Part shown: positions 1-12,691 of the stretch, in pieces | Position numbering within the stretch: position 1 is the stretch's first letter | Layout of the letters: each line of letters begins with the position of its first letter | From: Takakia lepidozioides | Lineage: Eukaryota > Plantae > Bryophyta | Length of the DNA stretch: 64,000 nucleotides | Direction of reading: 5' to 3' | Assembly: GCA_030704615.1 (NCBI GenBank) | Contig: CM060732.1 | Span: forward strand, 6,696,001-6,760,000 | Made by a program: the position numbers and the translations under genes | Notes under the pieces: model-generated | What the model saw: the letters and a program-made list of their open reading frames with translations, nothing else | Database searches by the model: none | What the model was told of the DNA's origin: nothing

Positions 1-151
1 ATTGCTATGACGAGTCCATTGGTGCCACATTCCAGCTTCGAATGACCCTATTCCGTGCCTCCTAACCCTATTTCCGTGGACACACAATTGTCCGCTCATG
101 CTTTTTTTTTTTTCCCGCTCATCTCATGTCGCTCATGAAATAGCAACCCCC
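1..151. mobile_element. Terminus of a family-A-like MULE element (element body lies upstream of the window)
   Basis: GCTCATGAAATAGCAACCCCC at 131-151, preceded by GCTCATG repeats and CCCTATTTCCGTGGACAC, resembles the right end of element A (55560-55686). Confidence 0.75.
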
Positions 152-602
152 AAACAAAGCCTAAATAAGCTTCATGATGACCATCCGAATTTATTTTCAC
201 TTCTCATTCAATATTCCATCCATCCATCATCTATCCATCATCCATCGACCATGGATGGAATATTGCAAACCTCAGTAAGCTTCACAATGAGCATCCAATT
301 TTTTTTACCTCTTCTTCAGTAACAAACCCTAAATAAGCTTCATGATAACTTACCGAGCTTTTTTTTCACCTCTTCTTCAATAACAAAACCTCAGCAATGA
401 GCATCCATTTATTCTTTTTTTTTAAGCACCGTAATTACTTCCACGGTAATAGGATCCCCTCTAAACTCAGTCCTCGGTTATAAGGCCTGCTTCTCCCTCC
501 TCTAAACCCTGGGCTCACGCTTAGAGGGCAAAGCGTGAGCCCAGCTCTTGGGTTCGTGCGGCTGGGCTCACGCCGTAGCTGCGTTCATCTTGTTGGACCT
601 AA

Positions 603-1400
603 ATGAACCTCACGTCTAAGGGCAATAGCTACATTGTTGTAGCCTCCGACTACCTGACTAAGTGGGTTGAAATCCGACCATCGGTTGCTAAAGACAGTAA
701 CAAAATGGCACAATTTTTCTTTGATGATGTAATACTACGTCATGGTTGCCCTTTGGAGATCCTAACTAACCAAGGTACTGAATTATGCAACTAGCTCATG
801 GAAGCACTTTATTTAAACCTGGATACTAAGCATCGTGTGACTGCACCCTACAATCCTCAATGTCATGGACTAACCGAGCAATTTAATAAGACTATGTGCC
901 AGATGTTAGAGAAAACCATGACCTTGATTCACGAGTGTGACATTGTCTTGCCAATCCTGTTGTTTCTCTATCAAACCTCTGTCCATGCCAATACCAACAT
1001 CTTTTTTTTTGAAGTAGTATGGTCGCAAGGCCCGGCCTCCTCTGCACATTGCCACCTTACAGGTACCTGTATCTCAACCTGTAGATCGGAACTCTTTTTG
1101 CATGATCTGGATACTAAGAGATGCAAGCTAAGGGAAAGAGCTAAGAGCAACATTGTGCTAGCTCATGCTCGTAACTATAATCGGCAAGAAGTGTATTCTG
1201 ATGCTTTTAAAGATGGCCAATCTGTTTGTGTTCGTCTTCAACCTGGTAAGCAAGTATCCAAAGCTCAGCGTAGAATAGATGGTCCTTATCTGATTGTTGA
1301 CATCCTTCCTGGTCGCCAGTGTTAGCTCTTACCTCGGCATGAATCTACTGCTGCACTTCCAGGGACTGTTAATGTTTCCTTACTGGTTCCTTGCACTCTT
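603..1400 (+). pseudogene. Degenerate Ty3/gypsy integrase fragment
   Basis: YIVVASDYLTKWVE, RHGCPLEILTNQG, TAPYNPQCHGLTE and a GPY motif; stop codon at 792-794 and frameshifts. Confidence 0.85.
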
Positions 1401-2185
1401 ACATTTGATCTGACATGTTTGAATGTTGAGAATAGGCAGGTGATCCTTACTCCTACCAGGGCTGCTCACAATCAGTAGGTGGCTGCCTCTCCATAGAGTA
1501 GTTTTTGGTGAAATTTTTCGTGCTAGGTGTTCGCATCACCATGTAAACACCTGGGGTTTTTCCAAGGTGAGGTTTTGTCCTTCGCTCAATTTGCAGAGCA
1601 AGGTTTTCCTCACCTAGTTTTTTCATCCCTTGTGTCTCGGATGCATAGTTGTGTTAGTTTTCTTTTGGTGACTGTTTGCCTTGTTTGAATTCAAACTCCA
1701 AGCTTGCAGGAGCTCACTTCTTTGGAGGGGCCGGCTAGCTGCACATATGTGGGGCCATGATCCCCCCCCCCCCCTTCTTTATTCGATTTTATGGATGAAC
1801 AGATGGTAGGAAGATAGGGATGATGGTGCGTTGGATGAACATATTTTTAGTTAAGGTACCTTGCTTTATTATAACAGCTAGTTTAGGATTCTTGAGGAGA
1901 GAGTCGCTTTGCTGATATGTTTTCGACAACGTTCTTGCTTCCCGCCATATCCGGGACAACACGGACGCATGGAAGCACGCCGATTTTTTTTAAAAATATG
2001 TATCCCCAGCTAGATACATAACCGGTGGATATGAAAATGTGAAAAAAATATTTTATACCCGGTGTAACACTCGACGGATATCCTACCTAAAATTAATAAC
2101 CGGATGCATACCCAGATTCGCTATTTATCATGTTGGTAATACTCGGAACCGGTGGGTATTAAAAAAAATTAACATCCGCCCAACA

Positions 2186-2345
2186 TCAATATATGAAGCA
2201 AAACAATTTGTTTGTTTTGTTTTATTTTGTTTTGTCACGTTGAGATGTCCCAAACCGCGAGGACCCAGCCCTGGTGTTGGTACCGTTGGAAAGCCTCAAC
2301 GAGGAGGGGTGCACGGGTTTGGTCTCATAATTTTTGGGACCTAAG
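2186..2345 (+). repeat. Possible 5' fragment of a Helitron-like dispersed repeat
   Basis: Begins A|TCAATATATGAAG followed by a (TTTTG)n tract; no 3' hairpin or CTRR end found. Confidence 0.25.
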
Positions 2346-3306
2346 GTTATCCCCCTAAAAAATACGTCAAACAGGTTTCATATGACCAAACAAACATTAC
2401 ATAATTTAAATTGAATCATTATAAACTCTAAATGAAGTTCATATTGCCATGTTGTTCTCAATTTCTACCAATGCAGAGCAGATGTTAACACCATACTCAT
2501 TACAACAATTTGAACCCCACAAGTCATACAAGGTAGTAGGATTTGAGCCCTAAACTAGGATCATATTAGGATGGAACCAGATGATGTGGCTTCTTTCTAT
2601 GGCTATGCTGGAACGACGTCTGGCTACCCTGTCTATGAGTGCCACATGGCCTTGGGATTAGATTATACCCTAATACTATTTAAACCGGAATATCGTGGCA
2701 AACCGGGTGGAGGTTTGTTATCTCAAACAGTGTGTAGGGGTGTGGTGTGACTGGAGTACTTGAGTGCCTGCATGACCGTAGTGTGGGGCGGGTGGATGTG
2801 TGAGTTCATTGAGTCCTCTACGTGAGATTCCGTCTTCTTGACAAGCCTGCTTTACAGACTACATTCCTGTGTTCCTAAGCTAAACGGGTAGAGGAAGGGG
2901 AATAATCCCTTGGCACCGGAATCGTGCTTCACAGTCCCCTGTTCTGTTTTCTTTTTTTTAAAGAAAAGGAAAAAAGAACACACCCGCGGAAATGTCAATC
3001 ATTGGGCACTCAATCATCTTGTCAGTGGACGCACATTCCACTTGGAATGTCATCCATCAAAGGAGGTTCTTACGTTGGGGACTTGTGAAATGAGTTCAGT
3101 TGGGTTTAACGGGGGTAGAATGCCCCACCGCTGGGGCGTTCGTCGCTGTTGAGAGACTACCTTGACATGGAGGGAGGGCCTCGCGGCCTGGGCGTTCCAA
3201 CTCCCAATCAGCATGTGCAAATATATAGAATTTCCAGAGAAGAGAGATAGACAGAGGAATATCGAGAAATCCTTCCCCGAAAGGGATTCAGCGCGGCATT
3301 AAGAAA

Positions 3307-4524
3307 ATGAACGTGGCAGATGATCAGCCATACCGGGCTGAGAAGCTTATGAAGCGGGGGATGGCTGGCAAGGACGCCTCCCCCAATTTTGCACCAACAC
3401 CGGAGCTTCAGAAAGTGCACAGCAGTCCCCCCCTCCTCTCCCTTCCTGTGGCTTCTTACGATGTGAAGGTTGCATCTTCAAATCATATTAGGCCACCCCG
3501 CAGTTACGAGAATCTGGTACCTAAGGGATACATTCTTGCTATCATATCCCTTCTCTCTATTTTTGCCTTATCAGGGTCTTTCATGTTTGCTCTGTCCTAT
3601 CGACATTCTTCAGCGCTGGATGGAAGCTGGGCGTCCGCTTACATCCCCTACCCTAAGCTGGGTTATCCTCGATTTGCGGGCCGGCTGCAGGTCTCTCAGA
3701 CGTTCGAGCCCACCCGCTCCAATGCAGAAATTGCATCCGAAGTTCCGACGATTTCTCAAAGGTCTGAGAGCTCGGCTGGCTCACAGAGGTTGGTCCTTGG
3801 TGACAACAGCAGCACCCAAGATGAGTGGATTGATGTGGACGATAGGTCGTTTCCTTCCGGGAAGAGTGCTCCTGATGGATGCACTTCAATAGATGCAAAG
3901 TTGAAAGTGTACATGTACAATCTGCCCCCTGAATTCCACTATGGAATGATCTCAAAGCATCTATTGTTGGGCGGAAAAATCTGGCCATCAAATGTGACGG
4001 ACATACCCAGATATCCAGGAGGCCTTTATCAACAGCACAGTCCAGAGTATTGGCTCACCTCTGACCTTCTCACATCAAATATGCCCGACCGCCGAAGCTC
4101 ATGCACAGCTTTTCGAGTAGATGATTGGAAATCAGCTGATGTCTTGTTTGTCCCATTTTTTGCGTCCTTAAGCTACAACAAATACACCAAGACAGAGCAC
4201 AAGCATGAGGTGGACAAGAATGAAGAGCTTCAAGAGAAGCTGGTGAAGTATCTGAAGCGGCAACAGGCATGGCAAGATTCCGGGGGTTGTGACCATGTCA
4301 TTGTTATCCATCATCCCAATAGCATGCATGTGGTAAGAGCTCATTTGCGCACGGCCATTTTTGTGGTGGCTGATTTTGGCCGGTATCCCTCTCAAGTAGC
4401 GAATATCGACAAGGATATAGTGGCACCCTACAAGCATGTCATCCCATCTTATGCAGAGGATTTGACTACTTTTGAAAACCGAAGAACCCTTCTTTTCTTT
4501 CAAGGTGCAATCGTCAGAAAAGAG
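3307..4524 (+). CDS. GT47/exostosin-family glycosyltransferase (ARAD1-like), exon 1
   Basis: N-terminal TM anchor (YILAIISLLSIFALSGSFMF), LKVYMYNLP, QHSPEYWL, ADVLFVPFFASLSYN, GGCDHVIVIHHPNS, VADFGRY; phase-0 donor GAG|GTCAGG at 4524/4525. Confidence 0.92.
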
Positions 4525-6497
4525 GTCAGGAAGCAAACGCTCTCTCATATCGTACTGAGTGTGTATGTATGTCGATAGCTAACCATGTCGCTGCAATTGG
4601 CATTTGAGGTGGTTGGATTTTTCATTGCAAAGTTCCTGTTGTTTGGGCCTTCTAATACTTGGCTTTTAGAGTAAGACAAGACTCTTTGCCACTCTGCTTG
4701 AGATACCAAGCCGACAGATAATTCTAGAATCTATTACAACAATGCATTGTCATTCTGGGGCTAGCAAGAGCCACCCATTTACTCAGCCAGATTGCAGTGA
4801 TAGTTCACAAATTTTGACAAAATGATCACAGAGTGGATGTGTTGCTCCCTTTATGAGGGCTACACACTCTTTATCACACTCTTCAAGTTGACTAATTAGC
4901 TGTTTTAATTCTTATGGCCATAATCTTTTCCTTGAGGTTTGTACTGGTGCCTTTGTATTCATGCCGTATGCTCTTCTTTACCTTTGGTGGGGCTATCTTC
5001 TAATCTGTGGTTACCTCTCAAATGTTAGTCCAGAGTTTACTGGACTCCCACATTGATGTATAATTTGTATGATCATTGACTTTTGGGTTACATACCCCGA
5101 ACTTTGGCTTGCACGTCTAGCACCATAGAACATGCTTTGAAATTTAATCTTTCTTGTGCGTTCTAATCTTTGGGCTATACGTTTTCCCAAGGTAACAATT
5201 TGTCAAGGTAACATTTTCCCAAGGTCGCATTTTCCCAAGGTAGCCAGTAGCTCGAATATCTTGTAAAAGAGAGTCGTAGTGTACTGAGTAGCAACCGTTC
5301 GAGAAATAGCATAGAAGAGCATAGAAGAGCCCTTGTGTCATAATAATGTGGAGAGTACAAGGGGGTAAGCAGACGTTCACTCCATCTTCGGGCATGAGAA
5401 CATCCATGTTGGCAAAAAGTCTGGAGACTGCATATCAGGGGTGGAGGGGTGGGTAGAGGTTAGGAGGATTTTGTTTTCCTTGCTATGTTTCCTTCTAATT
5501 CTTTGGTCTTAAATGGCATTTTCTATGTTTCACTTTTGTTCCATCTTTTTGTTGTTCTTCCTGTTGTGTTCTGACTATTTTCTGATACATGGTCTGGGTT
5601 ATTCTCACCAGAGAGTGACCCTCTTCAGGACAATCAAGAACTTTGTTCCTGCACCTGTGTTCACCAACTTTGTAAATCTTGAGGCCGAGCCTAAAGCCCT
5701 GGCCCTGTTGGGGTCTCATTGCTGGGCAGCTCACACACAGCAAGTTGATGCTTGTGTGAAGGGCTTTTTAGAGGATATCTGGAAAACCCGAACTAATTGT
5801 CTCTATCAAGGTAAGTCACACTACTGGAGTGAGCCCCTCACAAAGGTAGTGTCTGTTCCCTTTTGTTCCGCCCAAATTGGGCACGGGGTCTAAGGCCACA
5901 AGGGTATGGTAGACGCCATCTTATGAGTACATTCTCTCTGGTCTGTCCTTTGTGAGTAGGCAGGCATCCATTATGACACCTGGTCTTTTGTTTAGTTCAG
6001 TATGTTGGCACCCTCTGTCGGGAACGGATGAAGTGAGTGGAGAGTTATAACAGCGGGTCACCATTATACAGGATATAGTAGATTTGTCCCACACTCTTAG
6101 ATTGACTCTAAGGTGTGAGACAACATCCTTTCTGGTTTCCTTCCTTTTTCTAATGTTATTCTTCCCTTGTGACTTTCTGTGATGTTTTGTCCTAGTGGGT
6201 TTGTCTGTATCTTTGAAATCTCTCCTTTACCTTGGATGTGGCTATCTCATTTTATCTTTGGTTACCTCTCACATGTGAGTTCAGAGTTGACCAGGCTTTG
6301 ACATTGATCTATCTTCCTTTCTGTGGATGTTAGACTTACAAATTGTGTACATTGCTTTTTTTTGTCTCAAGGATTTTCCAGGACCGTCTCAAATGTGACA
6401 GGGGGCACTTCCTTCAGCATAAGTATGTACGATGTCGTAACTTTGTGCTCAAGATGATTGTGTGGCTATCTCGTCTTACAATTAACAAATTCTGCAG

Positions 6498-7016
6498 GGT
6501 GGTATTATCCGACAACAATTATATGAGCTGTTAAAAGACGAATCTGGTGTCCACTTTGCGACGGGCAACACTCAAAGCGATGGTATTCGTAGCGCCACCC
6601 AGGGTATGCGATCCTCCAAGTTTTGTCTCCACTTGGCTGGAGACACACCTTCTTCCAACCGTCTCTTCGACGCAATCTCGAGCCATTGCATGCCTGTTAT
6701 CATCAGCGATGAGATTGAGCTTCCATACGAAGATGAACTTGACTACACTGAGTTCTGTCTCTTCATAAAATCAACTGATGCCCTTCGGAAGGGGTTTGTG
6801 ATCAAGCTATTAAGAAGTGTGAAACGTGTGGAATGGACTAAAATGTGGGAGAGATTGCATCAAGTGGATCACCATTTCAAGTACCAACACCCTACACAGC
6901 CAGATGATGCGGTCAACATGGTGTGGAAGGCCATAGCCCGCAAGTTGCCCTCAGTCAAATTCTTGCTTCACAAACAGAGACGTTACTCCAGATCAGATGC
7001 ATCCCATGCTATGTAG
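6498..7016 (+). CDS. GT47/exostosin-family glycosyltransferase, exon 2
   Basis: Acceptor TGCAG| at 6497; in-frame GGIIRQQLYE...MRSSKFCLHLAGDTPSSNRLFDAISSHCMPVIISDEIELPYED; stop at 7014-7016. Confidence 0.92.
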   Translation, partial: GGIIRQQLYELLKDESGVHFATGNTQSDGIRSATQGMRSSKFCLHLAGDTPSSNRLFDAISSHCMPVIISDEIELPYEDELDYTEFCLFIKSTDALRKGFVIKLLRSVKRVEWTKMWERLHQVDHHFKYQHPTQPDDAVNMVWKAIARKLPSVKFLLHKQRRYSRSDASHAM

Positions 7017-7301
7017 TCAAATCTGTTGTAGTTATTACTAATAATTCCCCTAGAGAAATTTTGCATTGTAAGGGTACCTGTCATTCCATTAGTTTAGTCT
7101 GGTTATGTTGACCAATAAACATGGTGTTCCGAAGGTTGGGGATTTCATCTGTTCCACTATTCTGAAGTGCATTCTATGTAAACCAAATCTTTGTGCAGTC
7201 AACTACTTTGGAGCATTGAGATCAGGGCTGTAGAGCATTCCTGTGAGCATGTAGAACATTCATTCAGCTCGAGAATATCACAGGTTTGGAGCTTCACAAG
7301 A

Positions 7302-7366
7302 GGGGATTGCTATTCCATGAGCCCATGAGCCCATGAGTGGGCATGCATGAGCCATGAGCCGCCATG
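7302..7366. mobile_element. TIR and subterminal repeats of a family-A-related MULE
   Basis: GGGGATTGCTATTCCATGAGC (21 bp) followed by several CATGAG(C) repeats. Confidence 0.75.
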
Positions 7367-7526
7367 CAACACACTACCGATAACGGCAGAAGTTTTGAAG
7401 GAAAAAGACAATAAAGTAATTGAAATTATTAATTTTTTATTACTTTCTGGCAATAAAAAAAATTTGAACATTTCCGCGCACATGGTCATAATACTCCATG
7501 CATGGGTAACAATATCCGCTCACGAG

Positions 7527-8143
7527 CTGTAGCCGAGGTCACCATCACAAAATCTGATCTCAATGGGAGACAACCCCCGTCTACGTACATCCTGTCTGTT
7601 GACACACAAAATGTAGGGTAAGATGTATGGGGCTTTGAGGCGTAATGTACGGAACTCCGCGGAGGGAAACAAGTCCACCATGCTGTTTCTCCGAGGAGGA
7701 ACCACAATATCATTGACCGTGAATAAACCCCGACCCATAATAGGGTCTGTAGTGGCTCTCACAACATACTGTCTCTCCCAATACTCGAACTCCACATTTT
7801 CTCGGATGGGGGTGGGAGGGTCGAGATGATTCCCCCAACAACGAGGCTGGACGGTCCTCAGTAACATAGTCATATGCGCTTTCCATCGGGGGCGAGGATC
7901 CGGCTCAGGCCGCCCAAGCCGAAGGGGAGGAAACCTAGGGCGAAGCCGACCCCTCCTAAGGGTTCGGGGGGCACATGCACGTGGAGGTGGAGGTGGTACT
8001 GCTGGCGGAGGAGATGAAAGTGGAGGCGGTTGAGGATGTAATGTCAGAGGTGCAGCTGGGGGTACAACGTCCGGATCAAGTACTACCGGAGGTGGATCGG
8101 GCAAAGAAACAGACGGGGGGGGGGGGTTGAAGTGATTTGACAT
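7527..8143 (-). pseudogene. Truncated Pro-rich + SET-domain-like gene (copy of 20660-21230)
   Basis: PPPPSVSLPDPPPVV...MGRGLFTVNDIVVPP...IRFCDGD, very similar to the plus-strand copy at about 20.7-21.2 kb; truncated before the NSS motif. Confidence 0.7.
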
Positions 8144-8228
8144 GTTACTGCCTATGTGGCAACAGGAAAGTATTGAAAACAGATAATAGAAACTAAGAGA
8201 AGCTCTGGAATGAAGGAGCAGGGATAGA

Positions 8229-10560
8229 GTGTGGGTTGAGATTCATCGAAGCGGGCCGGATTTCAAGCTCCAGATCACCTATGATTCCCTGTGGAAGGAT
8301 AGCTACAAGAAACCTGCATGGGTAGGTGGTCAATTGGAAGCCGCGGCAGCAACGGCACAAATTATCAAATCAGACACCTCAACCATGACCACAACTTTTG
8401 GAAGAGGATCAAGAGAGGGAGTCCACAGTGCCTGTTCTGGCACTTCTGGGCATGTCAAGATGCTTTGTGAGGTAGGCAGACTGAATGAGGCTCTACAGAC
8501 TTTAAACCAATGAGGAATTTCAGCAGATTTAGATAAGTATGTCTGTCTCTTGCTTAAGTGCATCAAGAGGAAAGATTGGAAGCTGGAAAGCAGGTGCACA
8601 CTCACATTATGATCCAAAGTGGACTCACGCCAACTGTTTTTCCCTCAACACCCTTGTCAACCTGTATGTTAAGTGCGGGAGCATCATGAATGCTCACCAA
8701 GTTTTCAACAGAATGCCTCAACGATCTTTGATCTCATGGAATACAATGCTGGAAGGATTTACCACACGTGGGTGTTTGTGTTTGCAAAAGCGTGTGCAAG
8801 CCTGGGACCTCTAGAAAATGGGGGAAAGGGGGCACCTTCTTCAATAGCACAGCGGCTACAAGCGGGTAGATGGTCAATTGGAAACAGCAGCGGCAGCAGC
8901 ACATTGATAGAACAAAGCACTAGCTAGGATCAATAGCTACAAGAAACCTGCATGGGTAGATGGTCAACTAAAGGCAGCAGCTGCAATGTCACAGTTGATA
9001 AAATCAAGCACCTCAGCCAAGACCACAGCTTCTGGAAGAGGATCAAGAGAGGGAGTCCACAAGCCTCTTCTGGCACTTCTGGGCATGTGAAGATGTCTTG
9101 TGAGGCACGCAGACTGAAAGAGGCTCTACAGACTTTAATTTAAACCAAAGAGGCATTTCAGTAGATTCAGAAACGCATGTCTGTCTCTTGCATAAGTGCA
9201 TCAAGGTGAAAGGCCTGGAAGTTGGAAAGCAGGTGCACACTCACATTATCCAAAGTGGATTCACGCCAAATGTTTTTCTCCTCCACACTCTTGTCAACAT
9301 GTATGTTAAGTGCGGGAGCATCATGGATGCTCACCAAGTGTTCAACAGAATGCCTCAACGATCTTTGATCACGTGGAATATCATGTTGGCAGGATTTACC
9401 AAGCATGGGTGTGGTAAGAATGCTTTGGAGACCTATGAGCAAATGATGGGGGAAGCGATTTAGCCCAACCACATCATATTTGTAGCGTTTGCAGTGCGTG
9501 TGCAAGCCTGGCAGCCCTGGAAAAGGGCAAAGAGGTGCATGGCGACATCGTGAGAGCTAGAATCCTACCAGATGTCATCCTGAATACTGCCCTGGTGGAC
9601 ATGTATGCCAAATGTGGGTGCATCGAGGATGCAAAGGGAGTGTTCGACTATATGGCTGAACAAAATGTGGTGTCGTGGAGTGCGATGCTCGCAGGATATG
9701 CACAGTAGGGGTGCGGGATGGAGGCTTTGGAGACCTATGAGCAAATGATGGGGGAAGGGGTGAAGCCCAACCACATCACGTTTGTGTGCGTTTGCAGTGC
9801 GTGTGCAAGCTTGACAGCCTTGCAAAAGGGCATAGAGGTGCATGGCGACATCGTCAGAGCTAGAATCGTACCAGATGAGATCCTGAACAATACCCTAGTG
9901 GACATGTATGCCAAATGTGTGAGCATCGAGCATGCAAAGGGAGTGTTCGACAATATGGCTGAACGAGATGTGGTGTTGTGGAGTGCGATGATTGCAGGAT
10001 ATGCACAGCAAGGGCGCGGGATAGAGGTTTTGGAGACCCATGAGCAAATGATCTGCAAAGGGGTGAAGCCCATCCATGTCACATTTGTGTGCGTTTGCAA
10101 GCCTGGCAGCCCTGGAAAAGGGCAAAGAGGTCCATGGTGACATTGTCAAAGCTGGAATTGTACCCAATGTCATTCTGAACTCTGCCCTGGTGGACATGTA
10201 TGCCAAATGTGGGAGCATCGAGGATGCGAAGGGATTGTTCAACACTATGGCTGAACGAGATGTGGTGTCGTGGAACACGATGCTTGCAAGGTATGCACAG
10301 TAGGGGCGCGAGATGGAGGCCTTGGAGACGTATGAGCAATTGGAAAAAGGCAAAGAGGTGCATGGTGACATCGCCAAAGCTGGAATTGTACCAGATGTGA
10401 TTCTGAACAATACCCTCGTGGACTTTTATGCCAAATGTGGGTCCATCGAGGATGCAAAGGCAGTGTTTGATAAGATGGCTGCACATTCACGGGATGGAGG
10501 CTTTGGATACCTATGAGCAAATGATGGGCAAAGGGCGACAGTTTGGAGGCTGTGATGGCT
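8229..10560 (+). pseudogene. PLS-class PPR pseudogene with an upstream PDF motif; N-terminal part duplicated
   Basis: Repeats such as [70 protein letters not shown] and GKEVHGDIV; many stops and frameshifts; 8300-8790 is duplicated at 8930-9400; no E/DYW end seen. Confidence 0.9.
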
Positions 10561-10589
10561 GCATATGTGTGGGGGAAAAGAAGCGAAGG

Positions 10590-11715
10590 GATAGAGTGTG
10601 GCCAGATTTCAGGCACAAGATTACTTATGATTCCCTGTGAATCAATAGCTACTAGCAACCTGCATGGGTAGATGGTCAACTGGAAGCTGCAGCAGCAACA
10701 ACACAATAGATAAATTCAAGCACTGCTAATGAAGGCACCTTCTTCAACACATTTCACCCTGTTTTTCCCTCCTCATCAGAATCGGCCCTGAATTTTCATG
10801 TTGAATTCTGCAAGGTGCTGGTTGAGTAAACCTTTGATAGTTTGGAGTGACTGACTGATATTGCCAATGTGACAGAAACAGGTAATAGAGACAAGGAGAC
10901 CAGGAGCTGTGGAATGAATACTTTTCTGACCCCAGTCAATGGTGGGACAATCGAGGCAAAAGGTAAATGCCTGTTGGATTACAGAGAGTAGCAAATGCAA
11001 TTGAGCATAGGAACTAGTGTGATAAGTTGAGTTGGGTGTTTCCTAGAACAATTCTAGGTTTTCATTGTCAGTTGCTAGCAGCACAGAAAGGGTGAATGCA
11101 TGATTTGTGCAGAGGCATGGATAGCTGAAAGAGCAGGGATAGAGTGTGGGTCCAGATTCATCTAAGAGGGCCAGATTTCAAGCTCCACATTACTTGTGAT
11201 TCCCTGTGGATCAATAGCTACCAGAAACCTGCATGGGTAGATGGTCAACTGGCAGCAGCGGCACAATTGATATAATCAGGCACTGCTAATGAAAGCATCT
11301 TCTTCATTACATTTCCCTCTTATTAGAATCGGCCCTAACTTTCCATGTTGAATTCTGCAAGTTAGCTGGTTGAGTGAATCTAGTTTGGAGTGACTTTGAC
11401 ATGATACTGCCGATGTGACAACAGGAAAGTATCCAGAACTAGGTAATAGAGACGAGGACAAGCTGTGGAATGAATACTTTTCTGACCCCAGTCAATGGTG
11501 GGACAATCGAGGCAAGAAGGTGAATGCTTGTTGGATTATAGAGAGTAGTAGATGCAATTGAGCATAGGAACTAGTGTGATAAGTTGAGTTGGGTGTTTCC
11601 TAGAACAAATCTAGGCTGTCATCGTCAGCTACTAGCAGCAAGGCAAGGATGTATGCTTGATTTGTGCAGAGGCATGGATAGCTGAAGGAGCAGGGATATA
11701 GTGTGGGTCCAGACT
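10590..11715 (+). pseudogene. Tandem ~560-bp units, each encoding an intron-split OSB-type PDF motif
   Basis: ELWNEYFSDPSQWWDNRGK(K)|GT at about 10905-10962 and 11461-11519; AG|IHLRGPDFKLHITCDSLWINSYQKPAWVDGQL at 11156-11250; PDFRHKITYDSL at 10602. Confidence 0.7.
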
Positions 11716-11901
11716 CAGGTGTTTCCGCCTTGGCAGGTTGCTTAGTGACCTTCCCTGATAGCTTTGAGTATAGTGAGTGTCTCACAATGCAATGTTGGTT
11801 GGTGCATCTTATGCAGGAACTTGGAAAACAAACAAATGTCGTTTTTTGGAGCTTTAGGCTGAACCTCTATGTTGGGCTGCAATGTGCAGCCTGGCCTCTG
11901 C

Positions 11902-11960
11902 CTCAGACTCAGACTCAGATCTTTGATCTCAGACTCAGACTCAGACTCAGACTCAGACTC
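11902..11960. repeat. (CTCAGA)n microsatellite
   Basis: Directly visible hexamer repeat, interrupted once. Confidence 0.95.
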
Positions 11961-12139
11961 TTTGATATCAGACTGAAGTGTATTTGGGCACTGAAGCACT
12001 TATGTAATTTTGAATTATCGTTGCATCTGCTCATTCTATCTGTTGTTCTAGCCATGCTTAGTCAGTTCTTCATGTCATGAGCAGGTTGTTGCCGTGATGT
12101 TTTGGAATTGTGTTTAGGTGTCTTTAGATCGTGATATTG

Positions 12140-12691
12140 ACCACAAGCAACCTACGGTGAACTGTGGTATCCTCCACATTATGTGGAATGTCCTACAACA
12201 TAGGTCGTAGTATATTTCAAATCCGCTATGGTCTTCTCCACAGTTATGTGGAATGACCTACAGTATAGGCAGTAAAATACTCCACACCCACACCAAGAGT
12301 TGCTCCAAAATACGCCACGTGTTGCCCTGACAAAAATACACGTGGTGCCCATACCGTTGCCCAGATGTCGTCAAGCCATGGTGACAGGCTGTCGCATAAT
12401 TTTCCCGTAGGTGTGGACAAGTCCACACCCTTTGTGCGTCTAGGATCCACGTGGCGGTGTTCGCCAAAGCACACATCGCCCGTGGAAAAAGCCATTCACC
12501 CCGTGAAAAAAGCCACCTCTGGATTCAGCCACCCGTGGACTTTTCCACAGGGCCACCCAAGAGCCAGGCCGTCCACGGGGTGTTCGAAAGCACTAGTCGT
12601 TTCTTACACCCACGACAAGTGTGGATTGCGGCTGATTCCACAGCAAAAAGTGTGGAAAAAGCCGTGGAAAAAGCCGGTTTCTCTTCTAGTG
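12140..12691. mobile_element. CACTA (En/Spm) element terminus with subterminal repeats
   Basis: Ends ...CCGGTTTCTCTTCTAGTG (reverse complement CACTAGAAGAGAAACCGG) at 12691; many CCGTGGA/TGTGGA/TCCAC repeats in both orientations; abuts family-A transposase sequence. Confidence 0.75.

Noticed and set aside
158-420. Telomeric repeats (CCCTAAA)
   Set aside because: Only isolated telo-box-like copies within a short degenerate repeat; no tandem tract
5180-5245. TTTTCCCAAGGT repeats in the GT47 intron as a MITE end
   Set aside because: No matching opposite terminus or TSD could be identified
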